A stretch of DNA of 64,000 bases from Candidatus Uhrbacteria bacterium (GTDB taxonomy: Bacteria > Patescibacteriota > Patescibacteriia > GWA2-47-26): NCBI GenBank assembly GCA_016187515.1, contig JACPJN010000007.1, positions 140,336-204,335 of the forward strand, given 5' to 3'. Positions 35,990 through 46,874 of this stretch are shown here, piece by piece. Every line of letters starts with the position of its first letter. Within the stretch, counting starts at the first letter, position 1. The position numbers and the translations under genes were made by a program. The notes below the pieces were generated by a model. It saw only the letters and a program-made list of their open reading frames with translations, was not told the DNA's origin and searched no databases.

Positions 35990-37605
35990 AGTCCGTCAGC
36001 TATTCGCTCGTAGAGGAAAAATGCGCCGTCTGAATGCAGCAGTTGCCATTGTTTAGGGCTATTCATAACTTTCGGTATTTCCGGAACAACCTTAAAGACC
36101 ACCGGACTTTCTGGCGGTAAACCATTATGCGTAATATCCAGCAACACATATTCAGCGCGCACTAACCCATCCTCGGATTGCAGCCGCGGAAATACCATAG
36201 CGCCTTTTTTCTTAAACAGCCGAGGCACGAGAAATTCATTCGCCGACACTACCGCATCATCGGGAATCATTCGTACGAATCGCTCCGCATTGCGCTGGTG
36301 GTTATTCACTAGATACACTGACCAGTGGAAATCTTGGGTTCGAAATGGCGCCGGGCGCAAATCCTTAAACCAGAATTGCAGAGAGATCGGCGACGGCCCA
36401 AACCAGATGTTTGAGAGTAAGACACCGGCAAGGACCGCGCACATGAATGGTGTCTGTGTTTGTACCCTCACCCCAACCCTCTCCCAAAGGGAGAGGGAGA
36501 TCAAACGAGGCCAGGCTTTAATAAACGCATAAAAAATAAAAGGAATAGCCGGCGAAATATAATATAACATATATGAGTTATGCAGCGGAGAAACGCTGAT
36601 AAGCCCAATGCCAATCGCGGCCAGCGTCCCTAAAAGCGCGCCAGACGCCAAAAATGGGATCAGCAGAAGCGGTACAAACAACATGAGCACATTGGCAAAC
36701 TTTTGTACGGACAGTATGGTTGTCAGGGCGCGAGCCGGATGGGTAAGAATATTTATGGAAATCTCCGATAAGCTACTGCCCCACTGATTGAGGGATCCCG
36801 CCGCCACCTGATGCGCAAACGAATCCAAAGTATTAAACGCTGGCATAACTGCGCTGACGATAATAAAAAACATGGCCAGACCAAAAATCGCGGTAATAAT
36901 CCCGAGGCGCTTTTGTTTCCTAAATAACCAAGCATACAGACCGAACATCAAGATGGTCAGGCCAACCTCCTCGCGCGCCAGTGCGGCGGCCAACACCAAG
37001 ACCGCATAAAGCACGGTGCGCCTGGTCTCAAAAAGATAAAGCATCCAGAACAGTATTGGAATACTGAAACGCAGCATTTCAAATTCATAAAGCGTAATGT
37101 ACTGAAAGCTGGGATACCAGAGAAATGCAACTGCAACGACACGCGCAAACAAACGGTCTTTGGAAAAGTGCAGCGCGAGTTTGTAGAGCGGTATGATCGC
37201 GGAAAACATCAAAAGAAAGTTTAATACAAAAATAGTTTCCGCGCGGGGTAACAGTTTAAATGGCAGAGCGAAAAAATAAATGAAGGGCACAAAATGCGCG
37301 GCAAAATAATTGCCGAAATCAGGATCAGAAAACGCCGAATTGGGGCTTAGCGGTATTCCGGCAATTCCGAGGTTATACAGCACCTGCAGCCAATGTGAAA
37401 CATCCGCGTACATGTGCAACGAAGAATACTTTAAAATCTCCGCGGCCGGGATATATAAAACCAAACCGAAAAGTATCGCCAGCGCGATATAAAACCAACG
37501 GTTTATTAGCGCACTGAAGCGTGCGGATAAAAAATAAACCAGCGCACTCCCGCCAAATATCACTGCGACTCCGACAATGTAGAACGTCATCAATCGTGAG
37601 TCCAT
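35986..37605 (-). CDS. large polytopic membrane protein, putative GT-C-like glycosyltransferase (DUF2079-like)
   Basis: More than 12 TM helices. In-frame palindromic insert (SLSLWERVGVRV). Confidence 0.4.
   Translation of the reverse strand: MDSRLMTFYIVGVAVIFGGSALVYFLSARFSALINRWFYIALAILFGLVLYIPAAEILKYSSLHMYADVSHWLQVLYNLGIAGIPLSPNSAFSDPDFGNYFAAHFVPFIYFFALPFKLLPRAETIFVLNFLLMFSAIIPLYKLALHFSKDRLFARVVAVAFLWYPSFQYITLYEFEMLRFSIPILFWMLYLFETRRTVLYAVLVLAAALAREEVGLTILMFGLYAWLFRKQKRLGIITAIFGLAMFFIIVSAVMPAFNTLDSFAHQVAAGSLNQWGSSLSEISINILTHPARALTTILSVQKFANVLMLFVPLLLIPFLASGALLGTLAAIGIGLISVSPLHNSYMLYYISPAIPFIFYAFIKAWPRLISLSLWERVGVRVQTQTPFMCAVLAGVLLSNIWFGPSPISLQFWFKDLRPAPFRTQDFHWSVYLVNNHQRNAERFVRMIPDDAVVSANEFLVPRLFKKKGAMVFPRLQSEDGLVRAEYVLLDITHNGLPPESPVVFKVVPEIPKVMNSPKQWQLLHSDGAFFLYERIADGL
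36465..36500. repeat. CTCCCC-GGGGAG palindromic element copy h (CCCTCTCCC AAA GGGAGAGGG), in-frame inside the membrane-protein CDS
   Basis: Perfect 9-bp arms. Confidence 0.6.
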
Positions 37606-37611
37606 AGGAAA

Positions 37612-38352
37612 CTATATTCTTTTGGAAAGGCGCTTTGTCCAAAACGCTTTCCAAACATACTTAAGATACGCTTTGTAGGTTGGCCAGCCGTAGGAAAAAC
37701 TGGTCCGCCCTCGCGCCTCCGCGCGGCTAGTCAATACATACGGAACTTCGCAAAAAGTTCGCGCGTACTTTTTGGCCTGCCAAAGTTCTTCCACAATAAT
37801 TGGGAAGCTACGCTCGGTAAGCGCCATTTTCGCAAGTACACTCACTTTTACGGCTCGAAATCCGTTGGTAAAATCACTTATCGGAATCCTAAAAGCCGGA
37901 CCCGCAAGCGTATTACCTGCCCACGATACAATTCTTCTTTGCCAGGGTACTCCTTCCACTTTTCCACCTTTGGAATACCGCGTGGCTTTAATATAATCGT
38001 AACCTTGCCCCATTTTCTCGTAAAATTGCGGAAGGTCGCGCGGGTGATTGGTCAGATCAGAATCCATGAACACCGCGTAATCATAGCCGCGGTCAATCGC
38101 ATAGCGTATACCCGTGCGCAGAGCGGCGCCATATCCTTGGTTCCGCTCATGCGCGACCAGCGTAACTTGTCCACTTCCCCACGTAGAGATAAAATCTTCA
38201 ACAATCTTTCTGGTCGCGTCTTTAGATCCGTCTTCCACCACGAGCACGGTGTTTTCTCCGGGTAAGGCGCGAAGATATGGCACAATCACCGAAAGGCACT
38301 CGTGCGCTCCGACTTCTTCATTATACATGGGAATGATAATGCAAACCCTCAT
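37612..38352 (-). CDS. GT2 family glycosyltransferase (DPM1-like)
   Basis: IIIPMYNEE, VEDGSKD and MDSDLTNHP motifs. Confidence 0.8.
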   Translation of the reverse strand: MRVCIIIPMYNEEVGAHECLSVIVPYLRALPGENTVLVVEDGSKDATRKIVEDFISTWGSGQVTLVAHERNQGYGAALRTGIRYAIDRGYDYAVFMDSDLTNHPRDLPQFYEKMGQGYDYIKATRYSKGGKVEGVPWQRRIVSWAGNTLAGPAFRIPISDFTNGFRAVKVSVLAKMALTERSFPIIVEELWQAKKYARTFCEVPYVLTSRAEARGRTSFSYGWPTYKAYLKYVWKAFWTKRLSKRI

Positions 38353-38368
38353 AATGTGATGGGATATT

Positions 38369-39955
38369 TTATTCGCTCCGGCCGCTAAATATCCGTTTAA
38401 ATCGCACTAATGGAAGCTTACAAACCGCGAGAAATACTCGCCGCTCATGAGGGCGAAACCATATCAGATAAGTACCGAGCAGTCCGATGATGGCCGCGGC
38501 GGCAAAAGTTATGCCGAGGCGAAGCGCCCAATTTATCTCCAATCGTCCAATAAGTTCAACAACCGTAAATTGCAATCCGGCAAACATGGCTCCGACCCCC
38601 AGCATTCCGACAAAACGCCGCATTGGTTCCTTGATAAGGCGCAAGGTCATATAAGGGATCACCGTAAGATCAACCAGCGCCTCCGGAATTAAAAATCCAA
38701 CCACAATGCCGGCAATGCCGAAACGGCGCACAAAGTACGCCGCCAAAATCCAACCAATGATTGCTGAAAAAACTCGGACTATAGCATACCATCTATATTG
38801 ATTTACCGCAATTTGAAAACGCGCGCTCGCGTCTACCACACTATAAACCACCACCTCCGCAAGAAGCAAACCCCATAGCAGATTATTAAACCCAATCGCG
38901 CCTCCGGTCCATACCGCCAGAACATCTTTGCCGACTACGAGCAGAAACGCGGCGGACGAGATTGAAACGGCTACCACAATCTTCATGAATATATTATAGA
39001 TGTCTTGCACTTTGCGCAAATCGCCGCGTTCTAAATTCGCGGTAACCTCATGTTGGAGCGCCGGAGTCATGATACTTATGGCGCGGGGAATAAGATGCGC
39101 CAGCGTCCGATGAATGCTAAAGAGCGCGACAATTGCTCCTCCAAATATTGAACCAGCCAGCAAGACGCTCCCTTGCATTTTTATAAACTGCGCCAACGGA
39201 ATAAGTAAAAACATGAATCCGGGAACCAAAAAACTCCGAGCTAATTTTTTATCCCGATATTTTATCGTACCGCGAAATTCAACTTCCGGATGCCGCCGTA
39301 AAATATCTAAATATAACAGAGCCGCGAAAGCCACAAACACGCTAAGATACGCGCCTGCCACAGTAATAAATCCACCCTTAAAAAGCAGCACTATGCCAAC
39401 CAATGCCAAAGTCGCAATCTCGCGGATGTTCAGCAGCATTCTCCAGCGCGGATATTCTCCGGTCCCAATGTAGATGCCGCTGAACAAAACCATCAGACGG
39501 CTCAACAGCAGCTGCAGGCCCAGGAGAAAAATCGCGATACGCACTGATGCTTCGCTTACATGCGTAAAATGAAACCACTGTGTAAACGGCGCAAAAAACG
39601 CGAACCCGAAAAAAATAAAAAAAAGCGCGCCGATATTTAACCGATACAAATACCACGCGCTCCAAAGCGTTCGCTTATATCCGTCCGTATCTCCAACCGC
39701 GTAACGCTGCAGCATCCGATTGATTACAAAATTGGTCATTCCAATATCAGCAAACACCAGGTAAGCCACTCCTGAAAACACAATCAGCCACTCTCCGTAA
39801 ATCGCGCCACTCCAGGCGAAGAGAAAAAGCGGCACTAAAATAATATGCTCCAGCGCGCGTATCGCCTCGCCAAAAAAATTTGCAAAGCCACCGCGCACTA
39901 CCCGTCGCGTGGCTCCGAAGGTTGGAAATACATTCGCTTTATTTTGATCACTCAT
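38369..39955 (-). CDS. oligosaccharide flippase (Wzx / MOP-superfamily polysaccharide biosynthesis protein)
   Basis: About 14 TM helices with MOP-like topology. Confidence 0.65.
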   Translation of the reverse strand: MSDQNKANVFPTFGATRRVVRGGFANFFGEAIRALEHIILVPLFLFAWSGAIYGEWLIVFSGVAYLVFADIGMTNFVINRMLQRYAVGDTDGYKRTLWSAWYLYRLNIGALFFIFFGFAFFAPFTQWFHFTHVSEASVRIAIFLLGLQLLLSRLMVLFSGIYIGTGEYPRWRMLLNIREIATLALVGIVLLFKGGFITVAGAYLSVFVAFAALLYLDILRRHPEVEFRGTIKYRDKKLARSFLVPGFMFLLIPLAQFIKMQGSVLLAGSIFGGAIVALFSIHRTLAHLIPRAISIMTPALQHEVTANLERGDLRKVQDIYNIFMKIVVAVSISSAAFLLVVGKDVLAVWTGGAIGFNNLLWGLLLAEVVVYSVVDASARFQIAVNQYRWYAIVRVFSAIIGWILAAYFVRRFGIAGIVVGFLIPEALVDLTVIPYMTLRLIKEPMRRFVGMLGVGAMFAGLQFTVVELIGRLEINWALRLGITFAAAAIIGLLGTYLIWFRPHERRVFLAVCKLPLVRFKRIFSGRSE

Positions 39956-40995
39956 ATATACCGCGCTAAAAAGCGCCCGAGTTTTGATTGTTTGAGGCGA
40001 TGGCGAGTGGCAATTGGCAAGTTATCTCTAACCACGCGGAAAATAAACTTCACGGCCGGGCGCCGGTCGCTTAAACGAGCCGCGCTAAGCCGGCGCTGCA
40101 TATTACTTTTAAGATATGCTCGGACACCCGGGGTCAATTCAAAGGTCTGTTCCATATATTTGTAAAACTGCCCGATCAGCGCGATCAATTCGGCTTTATA
40201 CGCGGTCGGTAAAAAGCGCGTCGGTTCAACCAGCCATTCGCACGCCGCCAAAGACGGCGTACTGCCGATAACGCGGGTAAAAAATGCGCGCCGAATCTCC
40301 GCGTCATACCGGCGCTGTGCCGCGTAATGCGCACTCCCGACGGATTTTCCATGCATACGCCGATAATGCAGGACCTCAGGAAGATTTGCGAATTTCGTGC
40401 GTTCAAGCAATCGGCTCCAAAGTTCCGTATCTTGCGCGCACGGGAATTCTTCATTATATCCATGGACGGCATTAAAAAGATCGGCGCGCAGCATCACCGT
40501 GGGATGCTGCAGCGCTAATCCGAAAAAGAATCGCCAAAAAATCAGTTCATGCGTTTCCGGATATACCAGCGTGGACAGCGCGCGCCCGCGTGCATCGGTT
40601 TGCCGCACCGCGGTACCCACCACTCCGACTTCGGGATTAAGCTCAAAGAATTTAACCTGCTTTTCCAATCGCGCGGGGTGGCTGACATCATCCGCGTCCA
40701 TGCGCGCCAGGTATTTACCCTGCGCTTTTTGCGCCGCGAGATTCAACGACCGAACTAACCCGAGATTTTCCGGGTTGCGCAGGCGTAAAATACGAGTATC
40801 GTGAAACTGATCAAGAATAGCGGCGGTGCGATCAGTGGAGCCGTCATCAATAACAATCAATTCAAAATCGCGATAGGTCTGCTCCAGCATGCTTTGTACA
40901 GCTTCCGCGATGAACTTCTCTCCATTGTACACGGGAAGCAGCACTGATACGGTTGGGTTGGTCATACTAAAATTATCGATAAACGACTTGCTCAA
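39952..40995 (-). CDS. GT2 family glycosyltransferase
   Basis: VSVLLPVYNGEKF, VIDDGSTD and RMDADD motifs. Confidence 0.8.
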   Translation of the reverse strand: MSKSFIDNFSMTNPTVSVLLPVYNGEKFIAEAVQSMLEQTYRDFELIVIDDGSTDRTAAILDQFHDTRILRLRNPENLGLVRSLNLAAQKAQGKYLARMDADDVSHPARLEKQVKFFELNPEVGVVGTAVRQTDARGRALSTLVYPETHELIFWRFFFGLALQHPTVMLRADLFNAVHGYNEEFPCAQDTELWSRLLERTKFANLPEVLHYRRMHGKSVGSAHYAAQRRYDAEIRRAFFTRVIGSTPSLAACEWLVEPTRFLPTAYKAELIALIGQFYKYMEQTFELTPGVRAYLKSNMQRRLSAARLSDRRPAVKFIFRVVRDNLPIATRHRLKQSKLGRFLARYI

Positions 40996-41002
40996 AGGAT
41001 AT

Positions 41003-42865
41003 TCATAGATTTTTTCGCGACCAGTGCATCAGGACATACCAAACCCATACCCGCGCGCTGGTAATTCTATTCTTTCCCGCAAGAAATTGTTCCCACAAAT
41101 TACGGCACGCCTGTACATTAAGCCCCACCGGATTATCTTCAGGAAATTCAGCCAGCAATGCTTCGATATCAGGGCGAAATACGGTACGCAGCCAATATTC
41201 CCAAGGAAAGGTAAACCCCATTTTCTTGCGCTGATATATTTCTTTGGGCATTTTATCCATTACCGCAGAGACCAAAAGCGGTTTGGCCATACCACGGGCC
41301 ATTTTTTCTCCTAGGGGCACTCCCCATACATATTGTACCAGACGATGATCAAGAAACGGTACACGCACCTCAAGACTATGCGCCATACTCATCACATCTC
41401 CATCGCGCAAAAGCATATTACCAAGATATCCTCGCAATTCCAAAAGAGAAATCGCGCTGAATATATCACTGTCCTTAATCTGGGCGCGCAAGAGCTCGCG
41501 CATTTCTGGTATAATTCCGTCGTCGGATAGCTGCGGACCGGATCGTAATTCATTTCTTTGAATGGGCGGAAGGAGTTGGCGGGCAATCATATAAAGCGAG
41601 AGTATATCTCCTCCCGATCCAATAAGCTGCGACAGTTTTGAAACTCGAATATGCCGCGTGGGTAACTGTGCCACGATTGCGTTACGTAGTGTGGAGGGCA
41701 GCAGCGCAAAAAACCGTGCCAAGCGCCGCATAGAGGGAATTTTTTGAAACGTGGGATATCCGCCAAATACTTCATCGCCGCCTTGCCCGGACAATACCAC
41801 TTTAATTCCGGTTTGTGCCACCGCATGCGACACGACATACGAATTTAAACCGTCAACCGTGGGTTGATCCATAGCCGCAAGTGCAGCAGGGAGCATGCCC
41901 TGTAAGTCAGAGGCCGAAAGAGAAATTTCATGATGCGCGGCACAAAACTGCTTCGCAATTAACCGCGCGTACTGCTCCTCCGAGAATTGTTTTTCCGGAA
42001 ATACCACGGAAAACGATTCCAATCCTTTCCCACCGCTTACCTCATGGGCCGCAATGGCAATCGCGCTTGAATCAATGCCCCCGCTTAAAAACAAGCCTAC
42101 CGGCACGTCGCTTACCAAGTGATGCCGAACACTGTCATAGAGCGCCTCTTTGCAAGAAGTAAATTGCGATTCCCCCGCATGCAACTGCCAATAGATTTGC
42201 GGTGCAACCGCACCTGTAGCGGCCTTGTAGATCATGTAGTGCGCAGGTAAAAGCGCACGCACCCCTTTGATCATGGTCAACGGCGCCTGCACCGCGCCAA
42301 ACGCAAAAAATGAATCAACCGCCTGTAAATCAATCTCTTTTGGAACCAACCCGCTTGCAAGAAGCGCGCGCACCTCCGAGGCAAATACCAAAGTTGTCCC
42401 ATTGTGAAAATAATACATCGGCTTAATGCCGAACCGATCAACTGCCAACATCAATTTTTCCTGTGCCGTATCCCAAAGCGCAAAGGCAAACATGCCGTGC
42501 AGTTTTTCCAAACACGTAATTCCGTACCGTGCGTATGCTTTTAAAATAACTTCCGTATCACTATCAGAAATGAATTTATCTCCGAGCCGTATCAGTTCGC
42601 GTTTCAGTTCGCGATAATTGTAAATCTCCCCGTTAAAGGTAATCCAGTTCCCGGTTACCGGATCCTTCATCGGCTGATGGCCCGCGGGCGAAAGATCAAT
42701 AATGGAAAGACGCCGGTGTACCATGCCCAGCATCTTGGTATGTGCCACAACGGACATTCGTTCGATTCCCTCATCATCAGGTCCGCGGTGCATCAGTGCC
42801 TGCGCCATTCGCTTTAGGCACATTTCATCCACTTCATGCGCCATTATTCCTGCGATACCGCACAT
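41003..42865 (-). CDS. asnB: asparagine synthetase B-like glutamine amidotransferase (sugar amidation in glycan clusters)
   Basis: MCGIAG N-terminal nucleophile and SGGIDSS PP-loop. Confidence 0.85.
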   Translation of the reverse strand: MCGIAGIMAHEVDEMCLKRMAQALMHRGPDDEGIERMSVVAHTKMLGMVHRRLSIIDLSPAGHQPMKDPVTGNWITFNGEIYNYRELKRELIRLGDKFISDSDTEVILKAYARYGITCLEKLHGMFAFALWDTAQEKLMLAVDRFGIKPMYYFHNGTTLVFASEVRALLASGLVPKEIDLQAVDSFFAFGAVQAPLTMIKGVRALLPAHYMIYKAATGAVAPQIYWQLHAGESQFTSCKEALYDSVRHHLVSDVPVGLFLSGGIDSSAIAIAAHEVSGGKGLESFSVVFPEKQFSEEQYARLIAKQFCAAHHEISLSASDLQGMLPAALAAMDQPTVDGLNSYVVSHAVAQTGIKVVLSGQGGDEVFGGYPTFQKIPSMRRLARFFALLPSTLRNAIVAQLPTRHIRVSKLSQLIGSGGDILSLYMIARQLLPPIQRNELRSGPQLSDDGIIPEMRELLRAQIKDSDIFSAISLLELRGYLGNMLLRDGDVMSMAHSLEVRVPFLDHRLVQYVWGVPLGEKMARGMAKPLLVSAVMDKMPKEIYQRKKMGFTFPWEYWLRTVFRPDIEALLAEFPEDNPVGLNVQACRNLWEQFLAGKNRITSARVWVWYVLMHWSRKNL

Positions 42866-42886
42866 ACTGCTATATTACCGATGCCT

Positions 42887-44332
42887 TTATATGGCATCTT
42901 TTGTATAATCTTCCCTCTGTAGAATATCCCCTTTTGCATAACCAAGATAGATGCATAGCCCGAATGCAACCCATAAATAGGTATCATTGAGTAGACCGGA
43001 AAAAGATAATCTTTGGACGAGAATTCCCACAAGCCCGAGCATAAATATCCAATTGATCTTTCTGAAATCTAAATCAGTTGAACGCCTACGATAATTTCGA
43101 AAAAGCCCGTATATTATCGAACCAATAAACACAAAAAAGATGCTCAATCCGATCACTCCGGTATAGAGGATAATTTGATTATACAGGTTGTAGGAGCCGC
43201 CTATTCCGCCTTTCCAGTTCGCATCATTACCCAGACCTACACCGAACGCAAGCCGCTGATTCTCTATAAGCGGTTGAATTTCTTCCACCGCTCCGGCCCG
43301 GCCCCACGGTTTTATCTCATCATATTTAGTTTTATGAAGGATTAGGCGAGTCAATAATGCTTGCGAAACCGGATTGGATTGTTTTACCTCTTCAGGCGTC
43401 ATTGTGCCGGCATACACAATCAAGAAGATAAGCGCTCCGACTGTCAAAACTCGTATCCAGCGATCAGTAAAAAATCCCAGCGCGGTTTTTACCCGTCGAG
43501 GATACAGCAGAAAAAATAACGGCGCAAGCACGGAAATCGTCAAAATCGTGGATCTTGAAAATGTTCCTAAAAGTACCAGCAACTGTAATACTAAAAGCGG
43601 CCAATACTTTTTCCAGGGTATTTGATATAAAACACGATAAACCAGGGAACTCATAATGCCTAGTATCTGGAAATTATTCAACTCAATCGGTTCAATAAAT
43701 GTGACACGAGCTCTAAATATGTAGTACCCAGAGGCAGTTCCAAATCCGGAATACCAATAGTACGGAACCATATTGTTTAAATTAAGATACGGCAGATGGA
43801 AGTAGCTTGCCGCAAGCTCGTAGAGCGCCGCGAGAGCCACGGCAACCGAAAGCCAATGCAAAACGCGTATGGTATGGCGGAAGTATTGTCCTTTTTTTAA
43901 AATTGCAAAGGTTGTCATGGTAATAAAAATCATCATAATCAGTTGACCGGATTGTATTAAAGGCCGAAGAAATGTCGCTCGAGACTCGCCCGAAGTTGCC
44001 GCGCCAATCAGATCAAGGTTCAAAAATATACCCGCGATTCCGGTAAGCACAAAAAGCGCAAGGAATAAGGCATATTTCCAAGGAAAGGTCAGGCCACGCG
44101 CCACAGTTCTTATCGCAAGTATCAATCCGATTACATAACTTGGGCGCACAAAAAAACCGATATCAATAACAAAAGCTGTTTCAAAAATCAAAGTAATAAG
44201 AAAAAGCGTGAATAACCGCTTTTCTTTCCGCATCCAATACGGGCTAAAAAAAAGAAGCGCGCCGTAAAATACCCAGGTTAGATAGGGGTACAGATTTATC
44301 TCCCGCAGGGTACTTTGTGAAAAAAATTCCAT
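42887..44332 (-). CDS. O-antigen polymerase/ligase-like membrane protein (Wzy/WaaL superfamily)
   Basis: AT-rich gene with about 11 TM helices and a large loop. Confidence 0.5.
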   Translation of the reverse strand: MEFFSQSTLREINLYPYLTWVFYGALLFFSPYWMRKEKRLFTLFLITLIFETAFVIDIGFFVRPSYVIGLILAIRTVARGLTFPWKYALFLALFVLTGIAGIFLNLDLIGAATSGESRATFLRPLIQSGQLIMMIFITMTTFAILKKGQYFRHTIRVLHWLSVAVALAALYELAASYFHLPYLNLNNMVPYYWYSGFGTASGYYIFRARVTFIEPIELNNFQILGIMSSLVYRVLYQIPWKKYWPLLVLQLLVLLGTFSRSTILTISVLAPLFFLLYPRRVKTALGFFTDRWIRVLTVGALIFLIVYAGTMTPEEVKQSNPVSQALLTRLILHKTKYDEIKPWGRAGAVEEIQPLIENQRLAFGVGLGNDANWKGGIGGSYNLYNQIILYTGVIGLSIFFVFIGSIIYGLFRNYRRRSTDLDFRKINWIFMLGLVGILVQRLSFSGLLNDTYLWVAFGLCIYLGYAKGDILQREDYTKDAI

Positions 44333-44344
44333 GTTGGCAATGCA

Positions 44345-45139
44345 TCAAGAATCCTTTCTCAAGAAAGTGGCAAGCTGATTTTTACAAAATACAGCCGTAT
44401 AGCGAATAATGGCGTAATAATATCTTACCCGATTTACATACTCCCTGTTTTTAGAAAATGCTCGAAGCACATTCTTAAAATGACGCCAACTATTCTTCGC
44501 CGAGATACTTTCCGGACGATCTATATACCACACTAATGCTTCGGGAATCATAACAATATTCAACAAGGGCGACATTCTAAGCCACATCTCATAATCTTGC
44601 GCGGAAGGAAATGTTTCGTCAAATCCGTTATAGGATAATAATATATCGCGTTTACATACCACTGCAGAAGTACCGATGAAATAATTAGTAAAGAGCTGTT
44701 TGGGAAGAGGAATATCCCGCCGATAACGTGAAGCGAGATCCTTGAGCACCTGCTTACCATTTAAAAAATGGTATACATTGTGGCAAAAAAAATTTACCCC
44801 GTGATGCGCGCGAATCGCCACGCAGACGCGTGCGATTTTCTCCAAATGCCAAAGATCATCAGAATCAAGAAATGCGATCCATTCTCCTCGCGCTGCGCGA
44901 ATTCCCGCATTACGCGCTGCGCCAGGTCCGGCATGAGTATTCTGTAAAATTTGCACAGGAAAGGGAGCCTGCTCAGTCGCCTGCCGCACTACTTCAAGAG
45001 TTTGATCGGAAGATCCGTCATCCGATATGATCAATTCAAATGGCGACACGGATTGTTCAAGAACTGTCCTAATAGTTTCTTTTACAAACGCGGCTGAATT
45101 CCATGTTGGACAGACGACTGATATTTTCGGAGAAGCCAT
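44345..45139 (-). CDS. GT2 family glycosyltransferase
   Basis: ISVVCPTWN, ISDDGSSD and FLDSDD motifs. Confidence 0.75.
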   Translation of the reverse strand: MASPKISVVCPTWNSAAFVKETIRTVLEQSVSPFELIISDDGSSDQTLEVVRQATEQAPFPVQILQNTHAGPGAARNAGIRAARGEWIAFLDSDDLWHLEKIARVCVAIRAHHGVNFFCHNVYHFLNGKQVLKDLASRYRRDIPLPKQLFTNYFIGTSAVVCKRDILLSYNGFDETFPSAQDYEMWLRMSPLLNIVMIPEALVWYIDRPESISAKNSWRHFKNVLRAFSKNREYVNRVRYYYAIIRYTAVFCKNQLATFLRKDS

Positions 45140-45177
45140 ATTTATACTGTTACCCCAAAAAATAATGCCCGTATAAT

Positions 45178-46098
45178 CTAGTTAATTTTTTTGGCAATAA
45201 TGCCAAAGGAATTTTTTATGCGCAATTGCGAACCTATCTTTTGCCAGAAAGGGCTTTGTGTGGAAAAATATTTAACAATCAAACAGTCAAATTTGAGTTC
45301 GCTAAATAATTTCTGAATAGCCTCTTGATCAACACCATTGCGCCCCACATGATACTCCGCGTCATCTTCCATGCTTCCTGTTATGTAGATGCCTTTGCTT
45401 CTCCGAATGCGCCGACGAATTCCACCAATAATGTCTCCTTGAAAAATGCGCCAACAAAAGTATGCTAGGATACTAAACGCATAGGTGGCTTTACTTAAAG
45501 AATCGTACCGCAGCGGATCCTGAAATGAAAAAAATTGACCATGCGGAGCAATAACACCGCCCGTAAGGCGAATTAATTCCAAATAATCTGGAATGTGGTG
45601 GAGAAAGGAATTCGCAACGACAATATCAAACTGTTTTCCATCGCGTTGCAATGATCTTAAGGCCTCAACTACAGCCTCGCAACGCGTCTCCAGGCGATCT
45701 CCATAGTTAACGCATTGCTTTCTTAATAATATTAACTGATCATTGGAAATATCAACTGCCATAACTTTCGCTCCCAAATCTAAAAATTGACGAGTAGCTG
45801 ACCCCTCTCCCGCTCCCAAATCAAGGATCCGTGGCACCGAGAAATAGTGTGTCGCGTAATTATAACGATCCGCAACCATCCGCCCGTACATCTTTCGGAG
45901 AGCGGCGTGTTTAACATGAGGAGCGCCATGTACATATTTTTTGATATGTTCCGAATTATACATCGCGGCATTCGCAAGAGCGGCTGCTTTATCAATTCGT
46001 TGATCCATAATACTGGAATTATACGGCACGATACCTAATAAGAAATCGACCGGCAGAAAAGTTATCGTAACATAGTCAAAGAAGAATGTCCAACTCAT
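45178..46098 (-). CDS. class I SAM-dependent methyltransferase
   Basis: ILDLGAGEGS motif I. Confidence 0.65.
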   Translation of the reverse strand: MSWTFFFDYVTITFLPVDFLLGIVPYNSSIMDQRIDKAAALANAAMYNSEHIKKYVHGAPHVKHAALRKMYGRMVADRYNYATHYFSVPRILDLGAGEGSATRQFLDLGAKVMAVDISNDQLILLRKQCVNYGDRLETRCEAVVEALRSLQRDGKQFDIVVANSFLHHIPDYLELIRLTGGVIAPHGQFFSFQDPLRYDSLSKATYAFSILAYFCWRIFQGDIIGGIRRRIRRSKGIYITGSMEDDAEYHVGRNGVDQEAIQKLFSELKFDCLIVKYFSTQSPFWQKIGSQLRIKNSFGIIAKKIN

Positions 46099-46874
46099 TG
46101 ACTCAACGCAGCGAGGCGACTCCGTTGAGATCTATAGTACCAATCAAACCCACCCTGCAGAAGAAACTCCTGGTACTTTATAGGACAACCAAGGTCGATC
46201 GGATCCCGCCATTGTGTATATTTATTTTCATTCCCGATATTATTTCCACGAATTCCAGTAAAACACGAGCGATAACGACGCCTGATTATCTTATAGGCAC
46301 GCTCATCAATACTTTTTAGATCCCCAAATGGGTAGGCAAAATGATCAACTTTTACTTGCAGCATATCCTCAATCCGGTCTCCTGAACCGATGATCTCATA
46401 TTCCAATTCCTTTTGAGATCTAATCTTGGAAAGCCGTGCGTGCGTCATAGTATGAGAGCCAATTGCATGACCAAGCTTCACGAGCGTGCGTAGATCATCC
46501 CACGAAGCGGGCCGTACCGCCCGCTCCAATTCGTACTGACGCAGGTCTTCTGTACGTAGCAAATTATGATGAAAAAACTCTTGCCACCGGTTGGTATGTG
46601 CGCGATTAATAAATTCAGGGGCTACAAAAAAGATCGCCTTCCTATTTTTGAGCGCCTGAATAGCACGGTATGAGGAATGGAATCCATCATCGAACGTAAT
46701 GGTTGTCTGTATCGCTGTAGATGCATCCAGAAAAGAAAGGAAACTGCGTAAGGGTGCCTCCTGGAAGGCATGAATATCATGAAAAATGATCACCCGTTGT
46801 TGTGGTCCTTTTTTTGCAAGTAAAAGGGCGGTCATTCTCCATAAATAAAGTTTTAAGAATGAGCGTAAAATCAT
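46095..46874 (-). CDS. polysaccharide deacetylase (CE4/NodB)
   Basis: TFDDG motif 1 and HTMTH motif. Confidence 0.7.
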   Translation of the reverse strand: MILRSFLKLYLWRMTALLLAKKGPQQRVIIFHDIHAFQEAPLRSFLSFLDASTAIQTTITFDDGFHSSYRAIQALKNRKAIFFVAPEFINRAHTNRWQEFFHHNLLRTEDLRQYELERAVRPASWDDLRTLVKLGHAIGSHTMTHARLSKIRSQKELEYEIIGSGDRIEDMLQVKVDHFAYPFGDLKSIDERAYKIIRRRYRSCFTGIRGNNIGNENKYTQWRDPIDLGCPIKYQEFLLQGGFDWYYRSQRSRLAALSQ